Shown here: positions 37,326 through 47,926 of the stretch, one piece after another
Position numbering within the stretch: the stretch's first letter is position 1
Layout: each line of letters begins with the position of its first letter
Source: Candidatus Latescibacterota bacterium
Lineage (GTDB): Bacteria; Latescibacterota; UBA2968; UBA8231
Length of the DNA: 64,000 bases
Direction of reading: 5' to 3'
Assembly (NCBI GenBank): GCA_965215195.1
Contig: CBDCDC010000002.1
Span: 4,576,001-4,640,000, forward strand
Program-made: the position numbers and the translations under genes
Notes under the pieces: generated by a model
The model's input: the letters and a program-made list of their open reading frames with translations, nothing else
Told to the model about the DNA's origin: nothing
The model's database searches: none

Positions 37326-38126
37326 TCAGTTGTTTATGCCCGAAGTTCGCACGGACGCACGAACTCGGCCGCCGTGTTCCGCGAGCCAAGAGCGGAAGAA
37401 TTGCAACACGGCTTCGCCGTCTCCCTGCTGCCGTTGCTTCCGCTGAATGAGCCATAGCTCAATTTCGACGCCCCGCAGGTCCGGGTTTAGCCCTCGGGCT
37501 TGGGGGCTGCCGTGGAAGCGCTTGAAATCCGGCTGATTCTTGTAGAACGAAATCGCGTCGCTATTCTGCAAGAGATCCGAAACGATGATGAGACGCCGCG
37601 GCACATGGCGCCGCTTAGTGCTCTGGAAATGCGTTATGGCAACCGACTGCACGGACTCCATGATCGGCGACGATTTCGCCTCTTTATTAGTGAGCAGCTT
37701 TCCGAGCTCTTCTTCTAAAGGCGTGCGAAATTTCTGCTGCCAGTTGCGCCGCAGGATCGCTTCGGATTGCGTGAGGTGATCGACGTTTTTCGGGTCGCCG
37801 GGACTACAGACCGCGATAATCGGGTCGAGGGCCCCGCCGTGTGCAGGGTCTACCGCAAAAAGACTGATTTCGTGATTTTCCTCGATCTCGTCGAGCAGGT
37901 TCCAGATCCGATTCTCCAGATCGGACTTGGTAGTGGGCATGAACGAATCCGTGCGATCGAGCAGGATCGCCGTAATCGCCGAGGGGCCCTCCGACCTGCA
38001 TAGGGTCTTTGGATCGCGCTCGACCGCTGGCGGCTTGAGCCACACAAAAACGAGCAAGATGACGACGACCCCGGCGATCATCGCACCGCCGGCTATCGTT
38101 TTATTCGATAGCTTACCTCTACTCAT
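37326..38126 (-). CDS. Membrane-anchored vWA-like protein
   Basis: N-terminal TM, ILLDRTDS (MIDAS-like), SPIMES, LIIVSDLLQNS. Confidence 0.65.
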   Translation of the reverse strand: MSRGKLSNKTIAGGAMIAGVVVILLVFVWLKPPAVERDPKTLCRSEGPSAITAILLDRTDSFMPTTKSDLENRIWNLLDEIEENHEISLFAVDPAHGGALDPIIAVCSPGDPKNVDHLTQSEAILRRNWQQKFRTPLEEELGKLLTNKEAKSSPIMESVQSVAITHFQSTKRRHVPRRLIIVSDLLQNSDAISFYKNQPDFKRFHGSPQARGLNPDLRGVEIELWLIQRKQRQQGDGEAVLQFFRSWLAEHGGRVRASVRTSGINN

Positions 38127-39535
38127 TACTTCTCGTCCTGATCGTCCCTCGGGCTATCCGGCTGCCTCCGATGCGGCGCCAAAGGTCTCAATTCTTCGCT
38201 GCCCATGTCGTACTGATTGTGTAGCTCCTTTACGCCGTTATCAATTTTTATTTCAGCCGCGCTAGTAATCTTCAATATCTCCTCGCGCGTCAGCATGGCC
38301 TTCGGCAAGCTGGTGTCTATGGGCGTTCTCCCTATGCGCCAAGGCTTCTTGAATCGCTCTGGTGCTTCTCCGTCTCGCATGGCCCGGTTGGTGTCCCGGT
38401 AGAGCTTGAGCAAGTGGTTGCCCGCGTGCTCAAGGTGCTCTAGATGATCGTCGAACGATTTGATGAGGCGTCGATGGTCGTCGATGATGGAATCGTGTCG
38501 TCGTCCAGCGAGCAAAATGTTTTGCTTGATGTCCTCCAACGCTTGCACCGCCTCATCCGACGTTTTCTTCAATCCCTTTAGGCAGGCCTGATAGAACGCG
38601 TTGTATGCTTCGTCGGCCTCGGCGAATACGCGTGCGCACTTTGCGTAACCCGGATAGCGATCATCCCACAGTATCCCGTCGATAAAGCTAATAATCGCAA
38701 AGAGGAATCCCATGAAGAACAGGATCCACGATTGGAAGTCCCCTAGACCCAATGGATTCTCGCCGAAAGCGGCGATCGCGAGTTTGCCTCCTTCGTCGAG
38801 CACCGTGCCCGTTGTCTCCCGATAGTGCGCTACCATCAGGTTGAAAAACAATGCAAAGCCTAGAAACACCACGGCACCGGCGATGCCCACGGACTTTCTG
38901 CTCCAGTGGATGTGGTTGAAATTGGTGACGAGGATGCCGAGCAAAAAGGCAATGCCGAGGTTGACAAACGAGATGACAACCGCCTCGGTGTACGCGCCGA
39001 ACAGCCCAAACTCGTTGCCCTTGGCCAGAAAGGCGGCATTGCCAAATGTCTCAATGAGAAAGAGCACGGCGACGATGCCGATGTTAAATATCTTATCGTC
39101 CCAGCTGCGGAGCTGCGGCTCGCGGTGGAGGCCATTTTGTTCCTTGAACTGCTGCAAGTCTTCTTTTTTGCGGCGCAGATCCTGCTGCTCTCTACTCAGC
39201 TCCACTATGGCCTTATCGACGTGCTGATCGAGCTCCGCTCGTTGCTTGGCCGTTTCAATCTCAATGGAACTTAGTTGCTCGCGGAAATCTAGCTCGACGA
39301 GACGCTCTCTGTATGCCTTTAGCTCGCTCTCGCACGTATTCTGTGCCCGAGCTTGAGCACTCTCAATCAGCCCGATAACCTTGCGCTCTGTGGGGTCGAG
39401 GTCGTCTTCCGCACTGTCTAGCGCGGGCCGCCCCCGCCTCGCGTTCCTTTGGCTATCTTCTACTACGTGCAGATCTTCCGCGACCCTATTGGTGTCGATC
39501 TTCTCAAACGGGTTGGTGTGAAGATCGTCTGTCAT
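38126..39535 (-). CDS. Hypothetical coiled-coil / 4-TM membrane protein
   Basis: Central hydrophobic helices flanked by heptad-rich regions; TAATG coupling to next gene. Confidence 0.75.
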   Translation of the reverse strand: MTDDLHTNPFEKIDTNRVAEDLHVVEDSQRNARRGRPALDSAEDDLDPTERKVIGLIESAQARAQNTCESELKAYRERLVELDFREQLSSIEIETAKQRAELDQHVDKAIVELSREQQDLRRKKEDLQQFKEQNGLHREPQLRSWDDKIFNIGIVAVLFLIETFGNAAFLAKGNEFGLFGAYTEAVVISFVNLGIAFLLGILVTNFNHIHWSRKSVGIAGAVVFLGFALFFNLMVAHYRETTGTVLDEGGKLAIAAFGENPLGLGDFQSWILFFMGFLFAIISFIDGILWDDRYPGYAKCARVFAEADEAYNAFYQACLKGLKKTSDEAVQALEDIKQNILLAGRRHDSIIDDHRRLIKSFDDHLEHLEHAGNHLLKLYRDTNRAMRDGEAPERFKKPWRIGRTPIDTSLPKAMLTREEILKITSAAEIKIDNGVKELHNQYDMGSEELRPLAPHRRQPDSPRDDQDEK

Positions 39536-39651
39536 GGCACACTCCTCCTCATGTACAGCGTCTTTTGGGCTGAAAAGCAGGGGATTGAGGGGATTGTATT
39601 AAAGATATGCATAACTGCGATTTTCGCATCCTTATTCTTTTTTCTCATCCC

Positions 39652-40785
39652 TCACAGCACCGCCCTAAACCCCTCTCGATCTTCCATGCCCTGCGCGAAG
39701 ATGCGCGGGTCCATGTCGAGGCCCGCGCCGGGTGTGTCGGGCACGTGCAGGATGGAGTCGGCGAACCGCCAGCCATCGGTGAGCAGCCCGGGCATGGTAG
39801 CCGGCGCGGCTTCGAGCAGGCAGAAGTTGGGGATGGAAGCGGCGAAATGGGCGTGGTGAAAGCGCTCGACATAAGAACCCCAGCAGTGGGGGGCGCAGAG
39901 CGCGTTCCACTGCTCTAGACGCGCCGCAGTGGAACGCCACCACGTTAGCCCCATGGCGCGAAAATCGTGCTGCACCACGTCGATAAATCCCCGTTCTACC
40001 AAGTCGAAAAAGTACGGCGGCGGCGAAAATTCCCCGTCGGCAACGAGCGTGTCCCAGCCGTTTTCGACGATGTGCTCCTTGAGTGCTTGGTTGAGCGGGG
40101 CGTCTTCGGCAAAAGGCTCCTCAAACCAATAGATGCCCACGTCCGCGCAGGCGTCCAACAGGGCCATGGCCGTGTTGAGCGTATTGCCCATGTTGGCGTC
40201 GATGAGCACCTTGGCTTGCGGGCCGGCGGCTTCGCGCACCGTGCGAATGACCAGCTCGTCGCGCTTGAGGCCCGCGGCCGGGGGCATCCAGCGCGCACCG
40301 CGGCCGACCTTGATCTTAAAGTGCAAATAGCCGTGCTCGTGGCCGGTGGCAACTTCGCCGCGGAAGATGTCTTTGACCTGTTCCTCATCGGTGGCTTCCA
40401 AATCGTCGATATAGACCGAGCCGTCGTACACTTCGACCGCGCGTTTGCCGCGCGCGCCGAGCAAGCGGTACAGGGGCAAATCCATCATCCGCGCCACCAA
40501 ATCCCACAGCGGCAGGTCGAGGTTGCGGCCCGCGGGCCGGCAGCCGTCGGGGAGTTGGAAGAGCTCGCCGATCTCCTTGCCGAGGAGGGCGTGCGCTTCG
40601 GCCTCGCCAATGCGGGACCAACCCAAACCCCACGCCCCGCCATCCGTGCGGACTCGGACGACCGGGTCCGCGATCTGCGCTCCGTGCGCGGGAATGCGGG
40701 CGTTGAAGCCGATGTAGCGCGGCCGGGTGCCGCGTAAAACGCATTTTTCAATACAAGTAATTTTCCCTTTGGGGACTTCGTGCAT
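39652..40785 (-). CDS. Mandelate racemase/enolase superfamily protein
   Basis: FKIKVGRG, IDAN, WFEEPF, DGE, PDTPGAG. Confidence 0.88.
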   Translation of the reverse strand: MHEVPKGKITCIEKCVLRGTRPRYIGFNARIPAHGAQIADPVVRVRTDGGAWGLGWSRIGEAEAHALLGKEIGELFQLPDGCRPAGRNLDLPLWDLVARMMDLPLYRLLGARGKRAVEVYDGSVYIDDLEATDEEQVKDIFRGEVATGHEHGYLHFKIKVGRGARWMPPAAGLKRDELVIRTVREAAGPQAKVLIDANMGNTLNTAMALLDACADVGIYWFEEPFAEDAPLNQALKEHIVENGWDTLVADGEFSPPPYFFDLVERGFIDVVQHDFRAMGLTWWRSTAARLEQWNALCAPHCWGSYVERFHHAHFAASIPNFCLLEAAPATMPGLLTDGWRFADSILHVPDTPGAGLDMDPRIFAQGMEDREGFRAVL

Positions 40786-40799
40786 AGCCAAGCTCCTCG

Positions 40800-41900
40800 T
40801 CAGGGCGGGGGCAAGATGCCCTCGCCGTTCCACAGTCGGGTCTGCGGCCAGTAGGCCGACCATCCAAACCACATCGAATTATAGGCTGGGATTTGCTCTA
40901 GCTGCGCTCCCTTGAGCGGCCCGGCAAGGGCCTCGCCGAGCATGTTCCACTCGCTGCCGGTCTCCACGTCGGCAAAGGCCAACGGCAGGTCGCCGCTGCG
41001 GCTGAGTATGCGAAAGGTCAAAAGCTGGCCGCGGACAACTCGGCTGTAGGGAATGGCGGTGGCAGTCTCTGCGTCGTAGAGCACGAGCACGGCGCGGTCG
41101 CCAACGCGATCGTTGATGACGGCCTTATCGGGCATTTTGCTGAAAGGATAGGCCCTGCTCTTGCCAGCAGCTCGCAACCCCAAGACCATTTCCTTGGCCG
41201 GCAAGCGGTCGCTGGGCCGAGCGGTGGTCAGCGGAAAAATAATCATCCGGTGGTCGCTGCGATAGTTCCCATAAGGGTAGTGGCCGTACCCATCGAGCGG
41301 ATACAGGGCGCGGATATAGTCCGGGTAGCGGTTGAGGCCGGTCGCCGCTTGGACGACCGTGGTGTGCGGATGCAGCGCGCGCCACAGCCCCCAAGTCGTC
41401 TCGACCACGGGCAAGAGCTGGAGGCGCTGCCCTTTGCGTGCGCCGCTGATGCCGGCGTAGATCATCTGCGGATACAGGGTTTTCTCGTCGCTCCGGTCGT
41501 AGAGCACCAAGTTGCTGTTGAGCACCATGCCGGAGACCCCGAATTCGATTTGTCCCGAGTCTGGGGCGGTCGCGTCAAAAACTAGCCCGGTGCTGGTCAG
41601 CGGGCAGAACGTGACACTGATGTACTGGCTGCCGAGCTGGTCGTTGATGACTTCGTGCTTCCAGCCGAGGCGGTGCGGATAGGCCCGCGCTGCGCCGTTT
41701 GCGACCACGCCGAGGACCAGGTCCGCATCCGCGAGATAGTGCGCGTCTTCCGGCGCAACGGGCTGGGGGTTGGTCATGGCCGGGATGCCATCGCGGGGCA
41801 CTCCGCCCGAGCGCAGGTGGTGGGTCAGCTCGTCGAGGCGGTCGTAGATGTCGGCGCGGAGGGGAACGGCGATGAAGAGGGCGAGCAGGATGCGGGCCAT
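40800..41900 (-). CDS. DUF3179 domain protein
   Basis: GGVPRDGIPA, HEVIND, TFCPLT, FGVSG, WFGW. Confidence 0.85.
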   Translation of the reverse strand: MARILLALFIAVPLRADIYDRLDELTHHLRSGGVPRDGIPAMTNPQPVAPEDAHYLADADLVLGVVANGAARAYPHRLGWKHEVINDQLGSQYISVTFCPLTSTGLVFDATAPDSGQIEFGVSGMVLNSNLVLYDRSDEKTLYPQMIYAGISGARKGQRLQLLPVVETTWGLWRALHPHTTVVQAATGLNRYPDYIRALYPLDGYGHYPYGNYRSDHRMIIFPLTTARPSDRLPAKEMVLGLRAAGKSRAYPFSKMPDKAVINDRVGDRAVLVLYDAETATAIPYSRVVRGQLLTFRILSRSGDLPLAFADVETGSEWNMLGEALAGPLKGAQLEQIPAYNSMWFGWSAYWPQTRLWNGEGILPPP

Positions 41901-42042
41901 GGCGTCGGACACTAGGAAAGCAGCGGGAGGCTCAATTATACAAGCAAGTGAGTTACTCGATGTCAAACGACCGCCGCCAGCTTGCGGACTGCTGCGGACC
42001 GCAAGAAGTTAAGCGACCCCCTAGCAGAAAGGAGCCTGCGCC

Positions 42043-42420
42043 GTGAACGCCCGCCAAACGGTCGAGACCTACTTCGCCGCATTGACAACCGGCCATGCCG
42101 ACCGACTCATAGACCTCATCTCTCCAGCCGATCACTTTGTCAAGATCGGCACTGAACCGGGGGAATACATTGAGGGCGGTGGGCGCGCTGCCCAGTACTA
42201 CTACCACCACGTCGCCAGTACCCGAGATTTCACCATCGACACAGAGCACCTCGACGTGCAGGAGCGCGATTCGGTGGCTTGGTTCTACACCCGGCAGCAG
42301 TGGCGGCTCAAATGGCAAGGCCAGTGCGAGGAACTAGCTCTGCGCTTGACGGGCGTATTGGAGCGGGAAGCGGGTGAATGGAAGTTCGCGCAGATCCACG
42401 CTTCCATAGGGGTGGTCTAG
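42043..42420 (+). CDS. SnoaL/NTF2-like protein
   Basis: IGTEPGE, RLTGVL.R..GEWKFAQIHAS. Confidence 0.82.
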   Translation: MNARQTVETYFAALTTGHADRLIDLISPADHFVKIGTEPGEYIEGGGRAAQYYYHHVASTRDFTIDTEHLDVQERDSVAWFYTRQQWRLKWQGQCEELALRLTGVLEREAGEWKFAQIHASIGVV

Positions 42421-42530
42421 CGCGGCCGCGTCTATTCGGAGGAAAGACGCTAAATACACGACATTACTTTATCTGTACGTGGAACTTCAGCTATCGGCGC
42501 GGCGTTCAAACGCAGTTGAAGGAGGGCTTC

Positions 42531-43754
42531 ATGCTGTACCGCATCGCCGCTATCGGCTTCATTTTTGCCTGCACGGCCATCGCTTGGATCATCTTGGCGC
42601 AGGTCGTCTCCCATCGCACCCACCAGCAAGATACCAAGCTCAAAGCCGCGGTGGGCCAATTGTGGGGCACTCCCCAATCCCAGCACGCCCCGCTCCTGTA
42701 TTGGACCACCGAGGAAACCGTCGTCAAACAGGCCCCCGATGGCCAAACGACAGAGCACGCTAGGGAGCGGCGGCATCTCCTGCCTCTAGAAGCCAGCCGC
42801 CTACAAGTCGATCTCCACCTCGAACACCGCCGCAAGGGTCTGCTGTGGTACGCCACCTACCAAGTGGAACTGGACGCCATCTATAACGCGACCAACGCGA
42901 CCGACCGCCCCCTCGACCTGACCTTCGATCTGGCCCTGCCTACTTCCCAAGCTGTGTACGATGATTTCGCCCTGTCTATCGACGGCCAACCCATCGCTCC
43001 GCTGCCTTTAGCGGAAGGGCACTTGCAACAGCCGTTGCACCTAGCGCCGGGTCAGAGCCGCCAGATCCGTCTTTCCTATCAATCGCAGGGGTTGGAAGAG
43101 TGGGGATACCGCTTCGGCGACTACGTCGAGCAAGTCTCCGACTTTGAGTTGACCATGCACACGAATTTTGACGCCATTGACTTCCCGCGTCAAAGCCTGT
43201 CGCCCACCCACAAGGAGCGCACCGCCGATGGCTGGCGTCTCACTTGGCAGTACGACCGCTTGCTCACTGGGGCCTCCCTCGGCATGGTCATGCCCGCCCG
43301 CCTCAACCCAGGTCCTTGGGTAAAAGACGTGACCCTCGCCGCGCCCATATCCCTTTTTCTCTTTTTCTTTTTTCTCTTCGTCTTTTCCGCGGTCAAAGGC
43401 ATCGACATCCATCCTGTGAATTACTTCTTCATTGGCGCGGCCTTTTTCAGCTTTCACTTGCTTTTGGCCTATTTAGCCGACCACTTACTCATCCACTACG
43501 CCTTTTTGGTGGCTGCGGCCGTGTCTGTTTTCTTGGTCGTCTCCTACATGCGGCTGGTGGTTGGCCTGCGACTGGCCTTGGTGGAGATAGGCTTGGCCCA
43601 ATTCATCTACTTGGTGCTCTTCTCCTACACCTTCTTCTTCGATGGCTATACCGGCTTGGCCATCACCGTCCTGTGCATCGCCACCCTTTTCGCCGCCATG
43701 CAGCTTACCGGCCGGATGAACTGGTCGGCCGCGTTTGCCCAGAAGTCCGACTAG
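42531..43754 (+). CDS. CreD-like inner membrane protein
   Basis: LWG..Q, RRKGLLWYATY, IHPVNY, C-terminal TM bundle. Confidence 0.75.
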   Translation: MLYRIAAIGFIFACTAIAWIILAQVVSHRTHQQDTKLKAAVGQLWGTPQSQHAPLLYWTTEETVVKQAPDGQTTEHARERRHLLPLEASRLQVDLHLEHRRKGLLWYATYQVELDAIYNATNATDRPLDLTFDLALPTSQAVYDDFALSIDGQPIAPLPLAEGHLQQPLHLAPGQSRQIRLSYQSQGLEEWGYRFGDYVEQVSDFELTMHTNFDAIDFPRQSLSPTHKERTADGWRLTWQYDRLLTGASLGMVMPARLNPGPWVKDVTLAAPISLFLFFFFLFVFSAVKGIDIHPVNYFFIGAAFFSFHLLLAYLADHLLIHYAFLVAAAVSVFLVVSYMRLVVGLRLALVEIGLAQFIYLVLFSYTFFFDGYTGLAITVLCIATLFAAMQLTGRMNWSAAFAQKSD

Positions 43755-43810
43755 TCGCCCGCAACCGCGCCGGCACTCCCACCGCGACACACCACTCCGG
43801 CCTCGGCCAT
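43754..43810 (-). repeat. Eroded copy of the PhyH gene 3' end
   Basis: Three collinear blocks matching 49652-49674 (21/23), 49686-49704 (19/19) and 49718-49731 (14/14), separated by deletions. Confidence 0.88.
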
Positions 43811-43982
43811 CCCTGCAACGGACTCGAACGCACCGCATCTCGCTCATAGCCTAGGGACTCTTCGCCCCTCAACGAGGGCACCCCACTCTCCAAACCCCTC
43901 GCCGCCAAGGTCGATCAACGCCCCTCAATGCGGATTTTAAGGCAAGTGGTCTCACCAATGGCGAGAAATCGCTTGAGGATTT

Positions 43983-44675
43983 ATGTTAATCGGCCGCAAC
44001 AACCTTACGACCCCGACCGACGGTCTTGACACCGGCGAGTTTTCCGATGTTGACATCGTCCTCAACGACGCCCGACAATGGACGATTGGCACCTCTAGCT
44101 GCGGGACAGATTCCGATACCGATAAGGATGTACAGAGCGTTGTGACCCACGAATTGGGCCATGCCCTCGGTCTGGGCCATTCTACCGGCCAAAACGCGAT
44201 GACCTCCAGTGCTGACTGGTGTGCTAACCAAGTTTCTCGCAACGCTTATGAGAACGAGAACGCTCAGCGGACGGTCACGGGCAATGATCGGGCTGGCTAC
44301 CAGTATATTTACGTAGGCCCCAACAGCGTCCGCACTCTGTTTGGTGGTGATGGTCAAAGTTCAAAGATCGTAGTCGGCGATGACCCCAAAGAGAGCGGCG
44401 TTACACAGGCGAGCGTTTTCCCCAATCCGTTCAATGCCGCCGTCACCGTCGCCTTCCGCTTGGCGCATTCGGCATCCGTAGCGGTGCGTATCTACAATGA
44501 ATTGGGACAGCAAGTGCAGGTGCTGGCCGCAGAGGCACGGCGTCCGGCGGGTTCCTACCAATTCGTCTGGGATGGTCGCGACGAGACTGGCCAGTTCCAA
44601 GCGTCGGGCACGTATCTGCTGGTGCTCTCGGTCGATGGGGCTATCGAGACGCACAAGCTGACGCTGCTGCACTGA
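43983..44675 (+). CDS. Matrixin-like metalloprotease with FlgD/T9SS-like tail (probably 5'-truncated)
   Basis: HELGHALGLGHS...M; no signal peptide; PNPFN...WDGRD...KLTLLH tail. Confidence 0.7.
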   Translation: MLIGRNNLTTPTDGLDTGEFSDVDIVLNDARQWTIGTSSCGTDSDTDKDVQSVVTHELGHALGLGHSTGQNAMTSSADWCANQVSRNAYENENAQRTVTGNDRAGYQYIYVGPNSVRTLFGGDGQSSKIVVGDDPKESGVTQASVFPNPFNAAVTVAFRLAHSASVAVRIYNELGQQVQVLAAEARRPAGSYQFVWDGRDETGQFQASGTYLLVLSVDGAIETHKLTLLH

Positions 44676-44689
44676 CGGGAGGGGCCGCC

Positions 44690-46249
44690 ATGCTTGCTAG
44701 GCATCGGCTTGGGGTGCTCATCGCCGTATTGGGGCTGCTGTCTCTAAGGCTGCCTCTGTGGGCACTGCCGCCGTGTGGTGCTCCGGGCACCATCACGACG
44801 GTAACCGCCCCCGATGGCGATTACTTGGCCGCCTTTGGCGACTATAAGAGCTACCAACCCTTGGGTTTGGCGTTAGGGCCAGAGGGGCGCGTCTATGTGT
44901 CCGATGGCTCGCTGATCTACCGCCTCGAAGCCGATGGCACGGCCACCCGCATCGTCGGGGTGCCGCAGACCCGCAAGGAACGAAGGGACAATGTCTTACA
45001 AGACAGCATCGCGGCCCTAGAGGCCCGCATTGCGCCGGGCGCGATGACCTTTGACCGGCAAGGGCGGCTCTACTTTGTCGATCATGTCAACTGGGCGTGG
45101 TCCGATGGAGGAAGACGGAGGCTGTCGCGCATCGCACGTCTGGACGCCGATGGGCAGGTGGTCACCTTCGCTGGCGGCGAGTATGGCTCCGGCGGCGATG
45201 GCGGTCCAGCGAAAGAGGCGCAGTTTGGCCTCATAAGTTCGCTGGTGTTCGATCTTGAAGGCCACCTGTTGGTTGCCGGCAGCGGGGGGATCCGGCGCAT
45301 TGATGGGCAAGGGATGGTCTCTACGCTAGTGAAAGCCGAGTCGGTAACGGCCTTGATCATGGATGAGCAAGGGAGGCTGTATTTTACGCGGGGCAATCAG
45401 GTCTTTCGCCGGTCGGCCGACGGTGTCATTGACGTCGTGGCCGGTTCGGGGAGGGACCCGGATAGCCTCGTCGTGGAAGGCGGCCGGTATTACTTTGGGG
45501 CCGAAGGACGACTGGCGACTGAAGCCCCCTTCTACTTCCCAGCGGACCTAGTGATTGACGAACAGGATGCCCTGTATATTGCCAATTTTAATTTCCACCG
45601 CATTCATCGGGTCCGGCCGGCCGGCATCATCGAAACCATCGCCGGCACTGGACGAGATTACTTTTCTGTTCGAGGCTGTGCGGCTGTTGAGAAACGGGTG
45701 GTCGCTGGAAAGCGGTTGTCGGAGCATCGCTGCCAAGACCATATCGGCGACGGCGGTCCGGCCTTGGAGGCCCCGATTTGGTGGCCTTTTCGCCTGCTGT
45801 TGACGCCCGAAGGCGATCTTCTAGTCTTGATGCTGGAGTCTTTTCGGAGCATCTATTGGGGCGGCGAGGAGTTTTCGCAGTTGCGCCGCATCTGTGGGGT
45901 GCGCGAGCGGGGAGTGCCCACAGCCGTCGAGGCGGTTGAGGAGCAGGCGTCGGCGAGCCTTGCTGAGGAGGCGTTGCCTGCCCTGCGTCTGTATCCCAAT
46001 CCGTTCAATCCAGAAGTCACCGTCGCCTTCGACTTGGGGCATTCGGCATCCGTAGCGGTGCGTATCTACAATGAATTGGGGCAGCAGGTGCGGGTGTTGG
46101 CCACAGAAGCACGGCGTCCGGCGGGTTCCTACCAATTCGTCTGGGACGGGCGCGACGAGACTGGCCAGTTCCAAGCGTCGGGCACGTATCTGTTGGTGCT
46201 TTTGGTCGATGGGACTATCGAGACGCACAAGCTGACGCTGCTGCACTGA
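44690..46249 (+). CDS. Secreted NHL-repeat protein with FlgD/T9SS-like tail, paralogue 1
   Basis: Signal peptide, GDGGPA and TIAGTG NHL motifs, shared tail. Confidence 0.85.
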   Translation: MLARHRLGVLIAVLGLLSLRLPLWALPPCGAPGTITTVTAPDGDYLAAFGDYKSYQPLGLALGPEGRVYVSDGSLIYRLEADGTATRIVGVPQTRKERRDNVLQDSIAALEARIAPGAMTFDRQGRLYFVDHVNWAWSDGGRRRLSRIARLDADGQVVTFAGGEYGSGGDGGPAKEAQFGLISSLVFDLEGHLLVAGSGGIRRIDGQGMVSTLVKAESVTALIMDEQGRLYFTRGNQVFRRSADGVIDVVAGSGRDPDSLVVEGGRYYFGAEGRLATEAPFYFPADLVIDEQDALYIANFNFHRIHRVRPAGIIETIAGTGRDYFSVRGCAAVEKRVVAGKRLSEHRCQDHIGDGGPALEAPIWWPFRLLLTPEGDLLVLMLESFRSIYWGGEEFSQLRRICGVRERGVPTAVEAVEEQASASLAEEALPALRLYPNPFNPEVTVAFDLGHSASVAVRIYNELGQQVRVLATEARRPAGSYQFVWDGRDETGQFQASGTYLLVLLVDGTIETHKLTLLH

Positions 46250-46263
46250 GGCGAGGGGCCACC

Positions 46264-47913
46264 ATGATTCTTGAACATCGGCACTATGCCGTCCGCGCCT
46301 TGTTGGGACTGCTGCCCTTGGCAGCCCCGCTTTGGGCGCTGCCGCCGTGTGGAGCACCCGGCACCATCACCACCGTGACCGCCCCCGATGGCGATTACCT
46401 CGCCGCCTTCAGCGATTACACGATCTACCCGCCGATACAGTACGGAACCGTACAGGGCCCTACCGACTTGATCGCCGCGCCGGAGTACCGCAGCTACTAT
46501 CCGCAGGATTTGGCCGTAGGCCCCCAAGGGCGCATCTACGTAGCCGACCAAACGATCATCTACCGGCTCGAAGCCGATGGTACGGCTACGCGCATCGTCG
46601 GCGTACCGCAGTATAGCATTTTCTACACCGAGGATGACTATGACTACGCCAGCCATCCCCTCGGATACGATGAGTTGCATACTTCTCAGCCCCCTGTGTT
46701 GCAGCGTTTCAATGTCTTGGCCGACACCGTCGCGGCGTTGGATGCCCGCATTGCGCCGGGGGCGATGGCCTTTGACCGGCACGGCCGGCTCTACTTTGTC
46801 GATTATGTCAACCGGAGGCGGACCGAAGAACGATTGCCGACGCTGGTGCGCATCGCACGGTTGGACGCCGATGGGCAGGTGGTCACCTTTGCCGGTCCGT
46901 TTGAGGAGACCATCATAAATTCGCTGGTGTTCGATCCGGAGGGCCATCTGCTCTTTTCGGGCAATACGGGCATTCGGCGCATTGATGCCCAAGGGGAAAT
47001 CACCACGTTAGTGGAGATGCCTTGGGTAGGATCGTTGAGCGTGGATGCCCAAGGGGTGCTGTATTTTGGGACGAGGACTCAGGTCTTCCGCCGCCCAGCC
47101 GATGGGCGGATCGAACACGTAGCCGGTTCGGGGGAGGATAGGTTCGTCGGCGAGGAGTTCGACGGCAAATGGCGTCGGCACTTTGGGGCCGAAGGAAGGC
47201 CGGCGACCGAAGCCGTTGTAGACTTCCTAGCCAGCATCGCTATCGACCCACAGGGCAGCTTGTATATTGCCAATTTCTATTTCCACCGCATTCATCGGGT
47301 GGGTCCCGACGGCCTCATCGAAACCATCGCCGGCAACGGACTGGATTCTAGTTTTTCACTAGGCTGTAATAACGATCCGAAGGAGGTGGCAGAACACTGC
47401 CGCGACCACATCGGCGATGGCGGTCCGGCGCTGGAGGCTCCGATCTGGCATCCTGAGCGTCTGCTGCTGACGCCTGCGGGCGATCTGTTAGTCACGATGC
47501 CGGTGGAGAGTATTATGGGGTGGACCGGAGGGGTGTTTTCGCATTTGCGCCGCATCTGTGGGGTCAGCGAGGGGGGAGTGCCCACAGCCGTTGAGGCGGT
47601 TGAGGAAGCCCCCGAGGCGAGCGTCTCGGAAGAAGCGTTTCCTGCTCTGCGCCTGTATCCCAATCCTTTCAACGCCGCCGTCACCGTCGCCTTCGACTTG
47701 GCGCATTCGGCGTCCGTGTCGGTGCGTATCTACAATGAGCTGGGGCAGCTAGTGCGGGTGTTGGCCGCAGAGGCACGGCGTCCGGCGGGTTCCTACCAAT
47801 TCGTCTGGGACGGTCGCGACGAGACTGGCCAGTTCCAAGCGTCGGGCACGTATCTGTTGGTACTTTCGGTCGATGGGGCTATCGAGACGCACAAGCTGAC
47901 GCTGCTGCACTGA
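46264..47913 (+). CDS. Secreted NHL-repeat protein with FlgD/T9SS-like tail, paralogue 2
   Basis: Same architecture as paralogue 1. Confidence 0.85.
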   Translation: MILEHRHYAVRALLGLLPLAAPLWALPPCGAPGTITTVTAPDGDYLAAFSDYTIYPPIQYGTVQGPTDLIAAPEYRSYYPQDLAVGPQGRIYVADQTIIYRLEADGTATRIVGVPQYSIFYTEDDYDYASHPLGYDELHTSQPPVLQRFNVLADTVAALDARIAPGAMAFDRHGRLYFVDYVNRRRTEERLPTLVRIARLDADGQVVTFAGPFEETIINSLVFDPEGHLLFSGNTGIRRIDAQGEITTLVEMPWVGSLSVDAQGVLYFGTRTQVFRRPADGRIEHVAGSGEDRFVGEEFDGKWRRHFGAEGRPATEAVVDFLASIAIDPQGSLYIANFYFHRIHRVGPDGLIETIAGNGLDSSFSLGCNNDPKEVAEHCRDHIGDGGPALEAPIWHPERLLLTPAGDLLVTMPVESIMGWTGGVFSHLRRICGVSEGGVPTAVEAVEEAPEASVSEEAFPALRLYPNPFNAAVTVAFDLAHSASVSVRIYNELGQLVRVLAAEARRPAGSYQFVWDGRDETGQFQASGTYLLVLSVDGAIETHKLTLLH

Positions 47914-47926
47914 CGGGGGGAAAGCC

